Assembly: GCA_964575755.1 (NCBI GenBank)
Contig: CAZNRH010000004.1
Coordinates: forward strand, 699 to 64,698
DNA from: an uncultured Candidatus Saccharibacteria bacterium
Lineage (GTDB): Bacteria > Patescibacteriota > Minisyncoccia > Phycocordibacterales > JABMNX01
Direction: 5' to 3'
Length of the DNA: 64,000 nt
In this document: in pieces, positions 8,798 to 17,215 of the stretch
Layout of the letters: each line of letters opens with the position of its first letter
How positions within the stretch are numbered: position 1 is the stretch's first letter
The notes under the pieces: generated by a model
The model's input: the letters and a program-made list of their open reading frames with translations, nothing else
What the model was told of the DNA's origin: nothing
Database searches by the model: none
Made by a program: the position numbers and the translations under genes

Positions 8798-9136
8798 TTG
8801 GATATGGACATAGAAATGACAAAACAAAAAGTAAAGAGTCGGTTATTTTCAATAGCATTTGGAGATAAACATTTACGTTCAAAAATATATTATCATTGGA
8901 ATATCATACTCGCTGTGTTTATTGGACTGAATCTTTTGTTGTTAGTATTCAGTTGGTATCTCTTCTTACAAATAAATGAGGGAGGTATCTTTCTTGTAGA
9001 AAAAGAAAACACTGTTCAAATTGATACTATCGATAGGAATATGCTCAATGAGCTTATAAAATCTTTTGATGAAAAGAAGGTTATCTTTGAAGGGAGGACG
9101 GTATCTGCACCAAGGTTGTCAGACCCTTCTTTATAG
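8798..9136 (+). CDS. Small membrane protein encoded in the pilMNO operon
   Basis: 112 aa with one TM helix; start is adjacent to the pilO stop. Confidence 0.45.
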   Translation: MDMDIEMTKQKVKSRLFSIAFGDKHLRSKIYYHWNIILAVFIGLNLLLLVFSWYLFLQINEGGIFLVEKENTVQIDTIDRNMLNELIKSFDEKKVIFEGRTVSAPRLSDPSL

Positions 9137-9212
9137 GTGAAGTAATTGTTTTTTAAGTGTTTGTTCCGTATAGTATTAAAGCGTATAGGTTAATTGGGGG
9201 TATTATAAGAAT

Positions 9213-9288
9213 CTCTCCGTAGCTTAATGGATAGAGCAACGGGTTTCTACCCCGTCGATGCGGGTTCGATTCCTGCCGGAGAGACATT
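9213..9288 (+). tRNA. tRNA-Arg (anticodon TCT)
   Basis: Acceptor CTCTCCG/CGGAGAG, anticodon loop TTTCTAC, T-loop TTCGATT, no encoded CCA. Confidence 0.85.
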
Positions 9289-9296
9289 GGTAAATC

Positions 9297-9330
9297 AAAA
9301 ACACCCCAAATAGGGGTGTTTTTGATTTAC
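9297..9330 (+). terminator. Rho-independent terminator after tRNA-Arg
   Basis: 'aaaacaccccaaataggggtgtttttgattt'. Confidence 0.7.
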
Positions 9331-9540
9331 CAACCTCTCCGGCGGGAATCGAAAGACGGAGGCTGCGAAGCCAGTTTCGAGGTGCGAGAAACTGTAGCCG
9401 AGTCCAGACGAAAAGCACTTAGTAAAATTGAGTCTTAAAGACGAAGAATTTTACTTAGTGACTGGTCGTCGATTCCTGAGATAAGTTTAAAGAGACATTG
9501 GTAAACAAAAATACCCTGAACGGGGTATTTTTGATTTTTG
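9331..9540. repeat. tRNA-Arg 3'-end fragment duplications (one inverted, one direct), possible integration scar
   Basis: Inverted copy 'taccaacctctccggcgggaatcgaa' at ~9330-9355. Direct copy of the tRNA 3' end plus its downstream terminator at ~9470-9540: 'cgattcctgagata..gagacattggtaaacaaaaataccctgaacggggtatttttgattt'. Confidence 0.6.
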
Positions 9541-9614
9541 TGGGCGATACAGGACTCGAACCTGTGACCTACCCGGTGTAAACGGGTTGCTCTAGCCAAC
9601 TGAGCTAATCGCCC
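9541..9614 (-). tRNA. tRNA-Val (anticodon TAC)
   Basis: Reverse complement reads GGGCGAT-TA-GCTCAGTTGGCTAGAGC...CCCGTTTACACCGGG...GGTTCGAGTCC...ATCGCCC-A. Confidence 0.85.
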
Positions 9615-9639
9615 CTATTAATATTCTACGGCAATATTA

Positions 9640-9737
9640 TACTCTTCGGATATAGACTAACCCGTTTACACAAAGGTGTAAACGGAGAAACTATGCTTTG
9701 GCATACTTTCTCCTCCATCCAACTGAGCTAATCGCCC
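9640..9737 (-). pseudogene. Degenerate tRNA-Val-like copy (pseudo-tRNA fragment)
   Basis: Repeats the 5' acceptor/D-arm 'gggcgattagctcagttgg' and the anticodon-arm segment 'acccgtttacac' of the adjacent tRNA-Val but has no T-arm. Confidence 0.5.
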
Positions 9738-9820
9738 TTAATGTAAGATTATAGTACGTTATTTCTTTAAAATGTTCAAATACTTTTCTTTAATCACTTA
9801 AGACTATACACTATATATCT

Positions 9821-10093
9821 ATGTATGAAATCAAAGCTAATATAACTGGTAATGTTCAGATGGTTATGTTTCGTGACTATGTGAAGCGTAGTGCGATAAA
9901 ATTTGACCTTAGTGGTACAGTTAAGAATCTAGGAGATGGCTCTGTGGAGGTGATTGCTCAAGGTAATAAAGATGACTTAAAAAAGTTAGTAAAGCTTCTC
10001 CATAAAGGCCCTATGCTAGCTAGTGTTATACGTGTTCATGTAGAGTGGAGGAAACCTGTCGAGGACTTTGATAGTTTTATCATTGTGTATTAA
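9821..10093 (+). CDS. acyP: Acylphosphatase
   Basis: 90 aa; 'ITGNVQMVMFRDYV' N-terminal signature and 'GTVKNLGDGSVEVIAQG'. Confidence 0.8.
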   Translation: MYEIKANITGNVQMVMFRDYVKRSAIKFDLSGTVKNLGDGSVEVIAQGNKDDLKKLVKLLHKGPMLASVIRVHVEWRKPVEDFDSFIIVY

Positions 10094-10121
10094 TATTTCT
10101 ACACAACACGTAATTTATTCT

Positions 10122-10811
10122 ATGGAAGAAAACACACAGACACCAAAATGCATTAGCATGATTATGGATGGAAATAGACGATGGGCAAAAGAAAGAGGAC
10201 TTTTCCCTGTTGAGGGTCATGCCAAAGGATATGAGAAACTAAAAGAAGTTATTGAGTGGACGTACGAAGCTGGTGTACCTAACCTTATTGTGTACGCATT
10301 TTCAACTGAAAATTGGAATAGGGCAAAAGAAGAAGTTTCATATCTCATGACCTTAATCCGTAAAGTGCTTGTTGAGCAATCTGAAGAATTTAATAAAAAA
10401 GGTAACAGAATTGTTTTTGCTGGCGACATAGAACGTTTTCCAAAAGATATACAAAAACTTATACATGAGTCAGAAGAAAAAACCAAAAATAATACTGGAA
10501 ATACTTTAGTGCTTTGTATTTCCTATAGTGGACGAACAGAGATACTGCACGCTGTAAATAATTTATTGAAAGGAGAAAAAACTTCTGTAAATGAAGAGGA
10601 ATTCTCACAAGCGCTTTGGATAAAGGATGTACCAGATCCGGACATTATTATTAGGACTGGTGGGGAAAAAAGACTTTCAGGCTTTTTAACATGGCAATCT
10701 GTATATAGTGAACTCTTTTTTCCAAAGACATTTTGGCCTGCATTTTCAAAAGAAGAATTTTTGGAGATTCTTAGAGAGTTTTCTTTTAGAGATAGACGTC
10801 GAGGAAAGTAA
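10122..10811 (+). CDS. uppS: Undecaprenyl-diphosphate synthase (cis-isoprenyl transferase)
   Basis: 'IMDGNRRWAKERG' and 'VYAFSTENWNR'. Start taken at the internal ATG at 10122. Confidence 0.9.
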   Translation: MEENTQTPKCISMIMDGNRRWAKERGLFPVEGHAKGYEKLKEVIEWTYEAGVPNLIVYAFSTENWNRAKEEVSYLMTLIRKVLVEQSEEFNKKGNRIVFAGDIERFPKDIQKLIHESEEKTKNNTGNTLVLCISYSGRTEILHAVNNLLKGEKTSVNEEEFSQALWIKDVPDPDIIIRTGGEKRLSGFLTWQSVYSELFFPKTFWPAFSKEEFLEILREFSFRDRRRGK

Positions 10812-10821
10812 AATTTGTAAT

Positions 10822-11547
10822 ATGAATATTTCAATAATTTACGAAGATGATTCTGTGACTGTGGTTAATAAGCCTGCTGGTCTTATTGTGCATGGTGATG
10901 GAAAGACAAAAGAGGACACCCTGGTTGATTGGATTCTTGATAAATATCCAGACATGAAAGGAGTAGGAGAGCCACTCGTGCTCACTTCAGGAGAAATAAT
11001 TGATCGACCTGGAATTGTTCATCGTATAGACAGAGACACTTCAGGAGTGCTTGTGTTGGCCAAAACACAAGAAAGTTTTTATTTCCTTAAGGAACAGTTT
11101 AAAAATCGTTCGGTAAAAAAAGAGTACAGAGCTTTTGTATACGGATGTGTTAAAAAAGATAAAGACATTATAGATAGAGAAATTGGCAGAAGTACTAAAG
11201 ATTTTAGATTGTGGTCGGCACAAAGAGGGGCTCGGGGTAAACTGCGTGAAGCTGTAACCGAGTATAGTGTTTTAGAGAGGAGTAAGGAGTTCAGCTACCT
11301 CTCGGTCTTCCTTAAGACAGGAAGGACGCACCAGATTCGCGTGCACTTTAAAGCTATTAATCATCCTGTGATTAGTGATAGGCTCTATGCCCCTAAGCGG
11401 GAACAGGCACTGGGTTTTAATAGACTGGCACTCCATGCGTTTCGTATTGAGCTAGAAATACCGAATATTGGAAGGAAATCCTTCGAGGCTCCGTTACCTA
11501 AAGATTTTAATACTGCCGTAGAGTCTTTGTCAAAGATGGTGGTATAA
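10822..11547 (+). CDS. RluA-family pseudouridine synthase
   Basis: Catalytic motif 'HRIDRDTSGVLVLAKT'. Internal ATG at 10822; no S4 domain. Confidence 0.85.
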   Translation: MNISIIYEDDSVTVVNKPAGLIVHGDGKTKEDTLVDWILDKYPDMKGVGEPLVLTSGEIIDRPGIVHRIDRDTSGVLVLAKTQESFYFLKEQFKNRSVKKEYRAFVYGCVKKDKDIIDREIGRSTKDFRLWSAQRGARGKLREAVTEYSVLERSKEFSYLSVFLKTGRTHQIRVHFKAINHPVISDRLYAPKREQALGFNRLALHAFRIELEIPNIGRKSFEAPLPKDFNTAVESLSKMVV

Positions 11548-11599
11548 TATTGCAGATAGGTACCCCTTGTGGTACAGTACTCCTTACTATAAAGCGGTT

Positions 11600-12334
11600 A
11601 TGAATCAATTAGTAAATCAAAAAGGGATAGAAATTTCTCCAGTAAACATGGAAAGTCGAAGGGACGTAGGAATACGTGCTGGAGACACTGTTCGTGTATG
11701 GCAGAAGATTACTGAAAAGGGTAAAACGCGACTTCAGGCTTTTGAGGGTCTAGTTATTGCGCGTAAACATGGAAATGAAGCTGGAGCCACATTTACCGTA
11801 CGTAGAGTATCAGGAGGAGTTGGTGTTGAAAAGATTTATCCACTTTATTCTCCAATGATAGATAAAATTGAGATTATAAAACGATCAAAAGTTCGACGAT
11901 CAAAGCTATATCATATTCGCGAAAAGGTTGCTCGAGAGATCAAACGTCAAATGCGAAAGATGAAGATGGTAGATATTGCAACAAACTCAGGTATTCAAGA
12001 TGAGGCAAAAGCCGAGGCGGATACTAAAGCTGTTGAAGAGGCGGACGTAAAGAAGCAAGAAGAAGCCAATGTGGAGGAAGAAGCAAAGAAACAGGAAACC
12101 GAAGACTCGGAAACATCTACAAAAGACAAAAAGGAAGAAACAGAAGACGATTCTGGTGTTTCACAAGACTTCATGTCCACAAACCAAGCAAAAATCGCGT
12201 CCGGAGACGTTGCACAAGAAACTGTAAAATTGGATACTTCTGAAGAAACTCCAAGAGAAGATAGTGCTGAAGTAGTGTCTGAAAAAACAGAAGAGGTTCC
12301 AGAAAAAAAGGGCGAGGAGGAAGATAAAAAATAG
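11600..12334 (+). CDS. rplS: Ribosomal protein L19 with a long charged (Glu/Lys-rich) C-terminal extension
   Basis: L19 core 'GDTVRVWQKITEKGKTRLQAFEGLVIARKHG...YPLYSPMIDKIEI', then ~130 aa of 'KAEADTKAVEEADVKKQEE...' low-complexity tail. Confidence 0.85.
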   Translation: MNQLVNQKGIEISPVNMESRRDVGIRAGDTVRVWQKITEKGKTRLQAFEGLVIARKHGNEAGATFTVRRVSGGVGVEKIYPLYSPMIDKIEIIKRSKVRRSKLYHIREKVAREIKRQMRKMKMVDIATNSGIQDEAKAEADTKAVEEADVKKQEEANVEEEAKKQETEDSETSTKDKKEETEDDSGVSQDFMSTNQAKIASGDVAQETVKLDTSEETPREDSAEVVSEKTEEVPEKKGEEEDKK

Positions 12335-12403
12335 TAAGTACTAAAACCTAACAACGTTAGGTTTTAACTCTGGGTTAATTGGTAGACATGGTATAATAGA
12401 GGA

Positions 12404-13069
12404 GTGAATAAACGAGGTCCAAAACCTAAAGAGATAGTTGATACTACATGGTCTCCAAATCTTTCGTATGCTGTTGGATTGCTTGCGAGTGATGGGTGTT
12501 TGTCATGTGATGGACGACACATTGACTTTACCTCAAAGGACAAAGAACAAATTCTAAATTTCCGAAACATACTTAAGTTACATCATATTAAGATTGGTAA
12601 GAAAAGAAACAAGATGGGGAATGAGGCGTATCGCATTCAGTTTGGTAGTATTTTATTTTATCGATGGTTAAATGATATTGGTTTGACTTCAAATAAATCA
12701 AAAACAATTGGTAAATTAAATATTCCGGAAGAGCTCTTTTTTGATTTTTTCCGTGGTGTTTGGGATGGGGACGGTACAATATATGCATATTGGGATCCAA
12801 GATGGAAAAGTAGTTACATGTTTTACATTGGAATAGCATCCGCGAGTAAACCTTTTTTACAATGGTTACAAGATATAATTAGCAAACAGTCGGATGTGTG
12901 TGGGAAAATAACTCTTCATAAGACTTCTGGTACATTTCAATTACGTTTTGCAAAAAAAGAATCAAGAGTGGTTTTTAAAAGGATGTTCTATAAAAATAAT
13001 CTCCCATGTCTTCCTCGGAAGTTTGCAAAAGCACAAAAAATCTTTAAAATAGATGAGGATCATACATAA
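12404..13069 (+). CDS. LAGLIDADG-family homing endonuclease (double-motif, free-standing)
   Basis: Two LAGLIDADG-type motifs, 'VGLLASDGCLS' and 'FFRGVWDGDGTIYA'. Sits between rplS and tRNA-Leu. Confidence 0.75.
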   Translation: MNKRGPKPKEIVDTTWSPNLSYAVGLLASDGCLSCDGRHIDFTSKDKEQILNFRNILKLHHIKIGKKRNKMGNEAYRIQFGSILFYRWLNDIGLTSNKSKTIGKLNIPEELFFDFFRGVWDGDGTIYAYWDPRWKSSYMFYIGIASASKPFLQWLQDIISKQSDVCGKITLHKTSGTFQLRFAKKESRVVFKRMFYKNNLPCLPRKFAKAQKIFKIDEDHT

Positions 13070-13071
13070 AT

Positions 13072-13153
13072 GCCCAGGTGGTGGAAGTGGTATACACGCA
13101 CGGTTGAGGGCCGTGGCTCCTAGAGCATGCTGGTTCGAGTCCAGTCCTGGGCA
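13072..13153 (+). tRNA. tRNA-Leu (anticodon GAG)
   Basis: Acceptor GCCCAGG/CCTGGGC, anticodon loop TTGAGGG, long variable arm, T-loop TTCGAGT, discriminator A. Confidence 0.8.
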
Positions 13154-13154
13154 C

Positions 13155-13375
13155 AACACGTCAAAAATCGAGAACTGCTTCTCGGTTTTTCTCGTGTTGT
13201 GAAGCGGAGCGATGTAACGATTTTTCTTTTTCCTTAAAAATTGTTACCGCGAGCTAGGGCAGGAGGTTCTTAGTGAACGCAGTGAACTTAGAAACCTGCG
13301 CCAAAAACGTAAAAAACGAGATAAGTTTCTCGTTTTTTACGTTTTTGTGAGACGGAGCGATAAAAGATTATCAAC
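13155..13375. repeat. Two copies of a ~65-bp nested-hairpin repeat (terminator-like) between tRNA-Leu and tRNA-His
   Basis: Copy 1 'aacacgtcaaaaatcgagaactgcttctcggtttttctcgtgttgtgaagcggagcgat', copy 2 'aaaaacgtaaaaaacgagataagtttctcgttttttacgtttttgtgagacggagcgat'. Confidence 0.6.
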
Positions 13376-13471
13376 TCGACTTTATAACTATAAATCTGGT
13401 ATAGTCTTGGTGTTCCTGAGTTATAAATAAACACAATATCATATTGGTAGTTTGTTTATAACTCGGGACGT

Positions 13472-13548
13472 GGTGGTCGTAGCTCAGCTGGTAGAGCACT
13501 CGGTTGTGGTCCGAGATGTCACGGGTTCAAATCCCGTCGATCACCCCA
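13472..13548 (+). tRNA. tRNA-His (anticodon GTG) with encoded G-1 and encoded 3' CCA
   Basis: Extra 5' G before acceptor GTGGTCG, anticodon loop TTGTGGT, T-arm ACGGGTTCAAATCCCGT, discriminator C followed by CCA. Confidence 0.85.
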
Positions 13549-13657
13549 AAATAACAAAAAAAATGGTAGCCATAGTGTAACAGTTAGCACTTGGGTTTGT
13601 GTCTATACCACAAGCCTAGTTCTTTACCAGATATGTGTAAAGTGAGATAATATACAT

Positions 13658-14131
13658 ATGCCTCTTATTAAACGATGTAAAATTTGTGATAAGGTTTTTC
13701 AAACAAAACCTTTTTTTGTAAACAATGGTGGTGGGAAATATTGTTCAGTAGTATGTCATCACAGGGGTTTACGAAAAGGAAAAGTTGTCAAATGCAATTC
13801 TTGTGATAAAGAAGTTTATAAGTCATTAAAAGCGCTTAAAAATTCAAAAAGTAAAAAATACTTTTGTAGCAAATCTTGTCAAACTAAATGGCGTAATTCT
13901 GAATTCATTGGTTCCAAGCATGCTAATTGGCAACACGGAAAATACTCATACAGGAGTGTATTAGCGAGAAATGGAATTACAAAGATTTGTAATTCATGCA
14001 AAATAAAAGATAGGAGAGTTCTTGCTGTTCATCATATAGACAAAAATAAGTTAAATAATGATGTAGAAAACCTCATGTGGCTATGTCATAATTGTCATTT
14101 CTTAGTACATCATTACAAAGATAAAAAATAA
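13658..14131 (+). CDS. HNH endonuclease with N-terminal Cys-rich zinc-finger region (paralog of 4609-5085)
   Basis: 'LAVHHIDKNKLNNDVENLMWLCHNCH'. N-terminal CxxC pairs align with the other HNH gene. Confidence 0.8.
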   Translation: MPLIKRCKICDKVFQTKPFFVNNGGGKYCSVVCHHRGLRKGKVVKCNSCDKEVYKSLKALKNSKSKKYFCSKSCQTKWRNSEFIGSKHANWQHGKYSYRSVLARNGITKICNSCKIKDRRVLAVHHIDKNKLNNDVENLMWLCHNCHFLVHHYKDKK

Positions 14132-14327
14132 ATAATGACTGTGACAGATTCCTTGCAGTCGCTGTACACCGTGCCAGATATTTTCTATAAAAATATCTGG
14201 CACGGTCTTGCGAAAGCCCCATGTATTCGCTTTCTCACTCTCTATGTATCCAGATTTCTATACATATTCTATAAGGGTCTCTCAAGTATTTTTATGAATA
14301 TCAGAACTCTTTGGTATACTTACCTTT

Positions 14328-14861
14328 ATGAAGAGACCTATACTTTTAGGCACATTTGGACATCCAGGTTCTGGTAAGACTTATTTTTCTGAGAGACTAG
14401 CAAAGAAAGAAAAGCTCTTTCATCTATCTGCTGATAGAATTAGATTGAAGATGTTTAAAAATCCAAAGTATACGCTCGAAGAACACAAAATAGTTTTTGC
14501 ATTTATGAATTATCTTGCAGAAGAATTTTTAAAGCATGGCGTTAGTGTTATCTATGATGCAAACTTTAATCTACGAAAACATCGTCAGAAATTAAACAGT
14601 TTGGCTAAAAAAGCTAATGCAGAATATAAATTAGTCTGGGTGAAAACAAGTGACGAAAAAGCGATGTCTCGAATAAAGAAGAGAAGTAAACTTAAAAATA
14701 CAAAAAAGAAAGAGCTGTATCGCCCTATTGATCTAAAGGTTTTTAAATTATTAAAAGAAGAAATGCAGAATCCAACTGTAAAAGAGAAAGTTATTGAAAT
14801 TAATGGTGGTATTTCGTTTTCTAAGCAGTTTGAAAGTTACAAGAAGCAGTTGAGGTTCTAA
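14328..14861 (+). CDS. P-loop NTPase / predicted kinase (AAA_33 / zeta-toxin-like fold)
   Basis: Walker A 'GHPGSGKT' near the N-terminus. Confidence 0.6.
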   Translation: MKRPILLGTFGHPGSGKTYFSERLAKKEKLFHLSADRIRLKMFKNPKYTLEEHKIVFAFMNYLAEEFLKHGVSVIYDANFNLRKHRQKLNSLAKKANAEYKLVWVKTSDEKAMSRIKKRSKLKNTKKKELYRPIDLKVFKLLKEEMQNPTVKEKVIEINGGISFSKQFESYKKQLRF

Positions 14862-14955
14862 TGACTTTCCAATAAAGGACCCAAGAATAATAGAATTTAT
14901 TAATGGATATAACAGTCTTTTGTTATAATTTATCTATATCTTAAATAATTAAAAA

Positions 14956-15390
14956 ATGGAAAACAAAAAAATTAAAGGATTTACTTGTGGGGCATTTGAT
15001 TTATGTCATGTAGGCCACGTATTGATGCTTAAGGAATGTAAACTACATTGCAACTATTTGATTGTAGGATTACAAACAGATCCAAATATAGATAGACAAG
15101 AAAAAAATAAACCAGTTCAAAGTATAGAAGAGCGTCACATAATGCTTGAAGGGATTAAATACATAGATCAAGTGTTTGTGTATACGACCGAAGCCGAGCT
15201 GTATAGTTTTCTGAAGGAAAATTCTATGAATATAGAGGTTCGTATTATAGGTGCAGACTGGGAAGGAAAGAAGTACACAGGTTGTGATTTACCCATACAA
15301 GTGGTGTTTAATAGTCGTGACCATGGTTATTCAACAAGTGTATTAAGAGAAAAGGTGTGTAAACAAGAGAGATTAAAAGATATTAAATAA
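14956..15390 (+). CDS. Cytidylyltransferase-like nucleotidyltransferase (TagD / RfaE-domain-II family)
   Basis: 'GAFDLCHVGHVLML' (HxGH motif) and a conserved Arg in 'SIEERHIML'. Confidence 0.65.
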   Translation: MENKKIKGFTCGAFDLCHVGHVLMLKECKLHCNYLIVGLQTDPNIDRQEKNKPVQSIEERHIMLEGIKYIDQVFVYTTEAELYSFLKENSMNIEVRIIGADWEGKKYTGCDLPIQVVFNSRDHGYSTSVLREKVCKQERLKDIK

Positions 15391-15436
15391 AAAAATAGAC
15401 GCAGGGTGTTACCTGCGCCGTTGTTTTTTTGATGAC
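15391..15436. terminator. Terminator hairpin between convergent genes
   Basis: 'cgcagggtgttacctgcgccgttgttttttt'. Confidence 0.6.
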
Positions 15437-15443
15437 ATGAAAA

Positions 15444-15908
15444 TTAGATTAATTTCCATGCACCAGATGGTTGTCGACACGCTCTGCCGTAAGCTCTTTC
15501 GGTATGCCCATCGACAATGATGTCCTGCTGAAACTCACGACAATCTGTATCCCCAGATTTATAAGTCCGCGTTGGTGTGTATGAACCCGAATTGCCAGAA
15601 TCGGGATTTTTCCAAGAAGACATTTGTCCTATTTGGTTGTACTCAAGAGTACTCTGCGCTGTTTGCTGAGCTTTCTTGCGGTCGTCTTCGTCCATTAACT
15701 TACCGATCTCACCACCAAGCCATCCACCACCGAGTGTGCCAATTCCGACAGCAATAAGTTTACCAGTACCCTTGCCAAATTGTGACCCAACAACTCCTCC
15801 AGCGACGGCACCAAGAAGTGTGCCATAGTCCTGTTTGTTGGCACATCCAGACACGATGACTGAGATGATTACTGCAAACGTGGTCATGAGTAATTTATGT
15901 AATCTCAT
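15444..15908 (-). CDS. Lipoprotein with glycine-zipper domain
   Basis: Signal peptide and lipobox 'IISVIVSGC', then 'GAVAGGVVGSQFGKGTGKLIAVGIGTLGGGWLGG'. Start placed at the ATG preceded by a GGAGGTAA Shine-Dalgarno. Confidence 0.65.
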   Translation of the reverse strand: MRLHKLLMTTFAVIISVIVSGCANKQDYGTLLGAVAGGVVGSQFGKGTGKLIAVGIGTLGGGWLGGEIGKLMDEDDRKKAQQTAQSTLEYNQIGQMSSWKNPDSGNSGSYTPTRTYKSGDTDCREFQQDIIVDGHTERAYGRACRQPSGAWKLI

Positions 15909-16077
15909 GATTACCTCCATAGTTAAAGTGATAGGAATCGAGCAAATCAAAGTCTTGCGGTACGTATTCTAATTCTTATATTGCCATATATTTAGTCTGT
16001 GTCAAGAGTTCTGCATATATCTATATTTTTACCATTCAGTTAATAAAAAGTTAATGTGGTTCTTGTATAATGTGTAT

Positions 16078-16233
16078 ATGGTAAAAAAACTTCAAGAAAA
16101 AAACGAGGTGTTATATCAATGTGAGGAGTGTGACTTTAAATACAGAGATAAAGACACTGCTCAAAAATGTGAGGCATGGTGTCACGAATATCAAAGCTGT
16201 AATCTAGATATAACTAAGGACGCGGTATCATAG
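16078..16233 (+). CDS. Small Cys-rich protein, possible zinc ribbon (51 aa)
   Basis: 'YQCEECDF...AQKCEAWCHEYQSC'. Not in the ORF track because it is under 60 aa. Convergent with the ZIP transporter gene. Confidence 0.35.
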   Translation: MVKKLQEKNEVLYQCEECDFKYRDKDTAQKCEAWCHEYQSCNLDITKDAVS

Positions 16234-16255
16234 GTGGAATAAATTCGAGTACATA

Positions 16256-17005
16256 TCAAACTAGTGTAAGTGCAAACATTAGCCCTACTCCAATAAATAT
16301 TGCAAACAACTGAATGGTTGATTTTCTAATGTCTAAAGTCTTATGTAATTCTGGCACAAGATCTGATCCAGCAATGTATAAGAACGAACCTGCAGCTATT
16401 GCAACAAGTGCTGGAGTTATATCACCACTTAAGTCTCCGAGGAAAAGTGCAAATAGAGCGCCAAGTACTGATACTAAAGCTGACAAGAAATTAACAAATA
16501 GCGCACGAGCGCGTGTGTATCCTGAGTGTATAAGTATTGCGAAGTCACCTATTTCTTGTGGGATTTCGTGCAATATAATTGCAAATGTTGTTGCTATGCC
16601 CACTTCGACACTTACAAGGTATGCGGCTCCAATAATTGCTCCGTCGAGAAAATTGTGAACTGCGTCAGAAAAAAGAATAATACTACCAAGTGAGCGCGCT
16701 TTATCGCAACCTTGGTCATGAGTGCCGTGGCAGTGGTGCCAGTGTAAAAGTTTTTCTAGTATAAAGAAAATAAAGATACCAACGATTATAAAGAGCGCTG
16801 CCGTGGTTGTATTTTCAAATAATTCAAAGGCTTCTGGTATAAGGTGGATTATTGCGTCCCCGAAAAGTGCTCCAACAGCGAGACTTACAAGAAAAAAGAT
16901 TGAGCGATTGAGGACCTTTTTATTAATTGAAAGTGTAAAAACGCCAATGAGTGAGATAGCACTTACGACGAGTACGCTTATTAATGTGTATGCAAGTATA
17001 GACAT
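16256..17005 (-). CDS. zupT: ZIP-family metal (Zn/Fe) transporter, ZupT-like
   Basis: 'HEIPQEIGDFAILIHSG' and an 'HWHHCHGTHD' His-rich loop. Confidence 0.85.
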   Translation of the reverse strand: MSILAYTLISVLVVSAISLIGVFTLSINKKVLNRSIFFLVSLAVGALFGDAIIHLIPEAFELFENTTTAALFIIVGIFIFFILEKLLHWHHCHGTHDQGCDKARSLGSIILFSDAVHNFLDGAIIGAAYLVSVEVGIATTFAIILHEIPQEIGDFAILIHSGYTRARALFVNFLSALVSVLGALFALFLGDLSGDITPALVAIAAGSFLYIAGSDLVPELHKTLDIRKSTIQLFAIFIGVGLMFALTLV

Positions 17006-17215
17006 GGAAACATTGTATCATTTACGCATGAACTCCGTGGTGATTATGCAGTGGTACTGGTGGTAATCGGATACGCTTTTTGGTATAAATAAAGTAGCAA
17101 GAGTCTATTTTTTCTAATCCTCCCTGGGAAACTTGGCAGGTGGGGCGCAATTTTCATTGCCCCACCTGCTTTTTTTTGTATAATTATCACTATATTAAGT
17201 AATATCAAGAACACT

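Noticed and set aside
9290-9820. Looked for additional intact tRNA genes among the tRNA-like fragments
   Set aside because: The fragments lack one or more arms (no T-arm in the tRNA-Val-like copy; only a 3' half for the tRNA-Arg copies), so they are treated as pseudo-tRNA or integration remnants.
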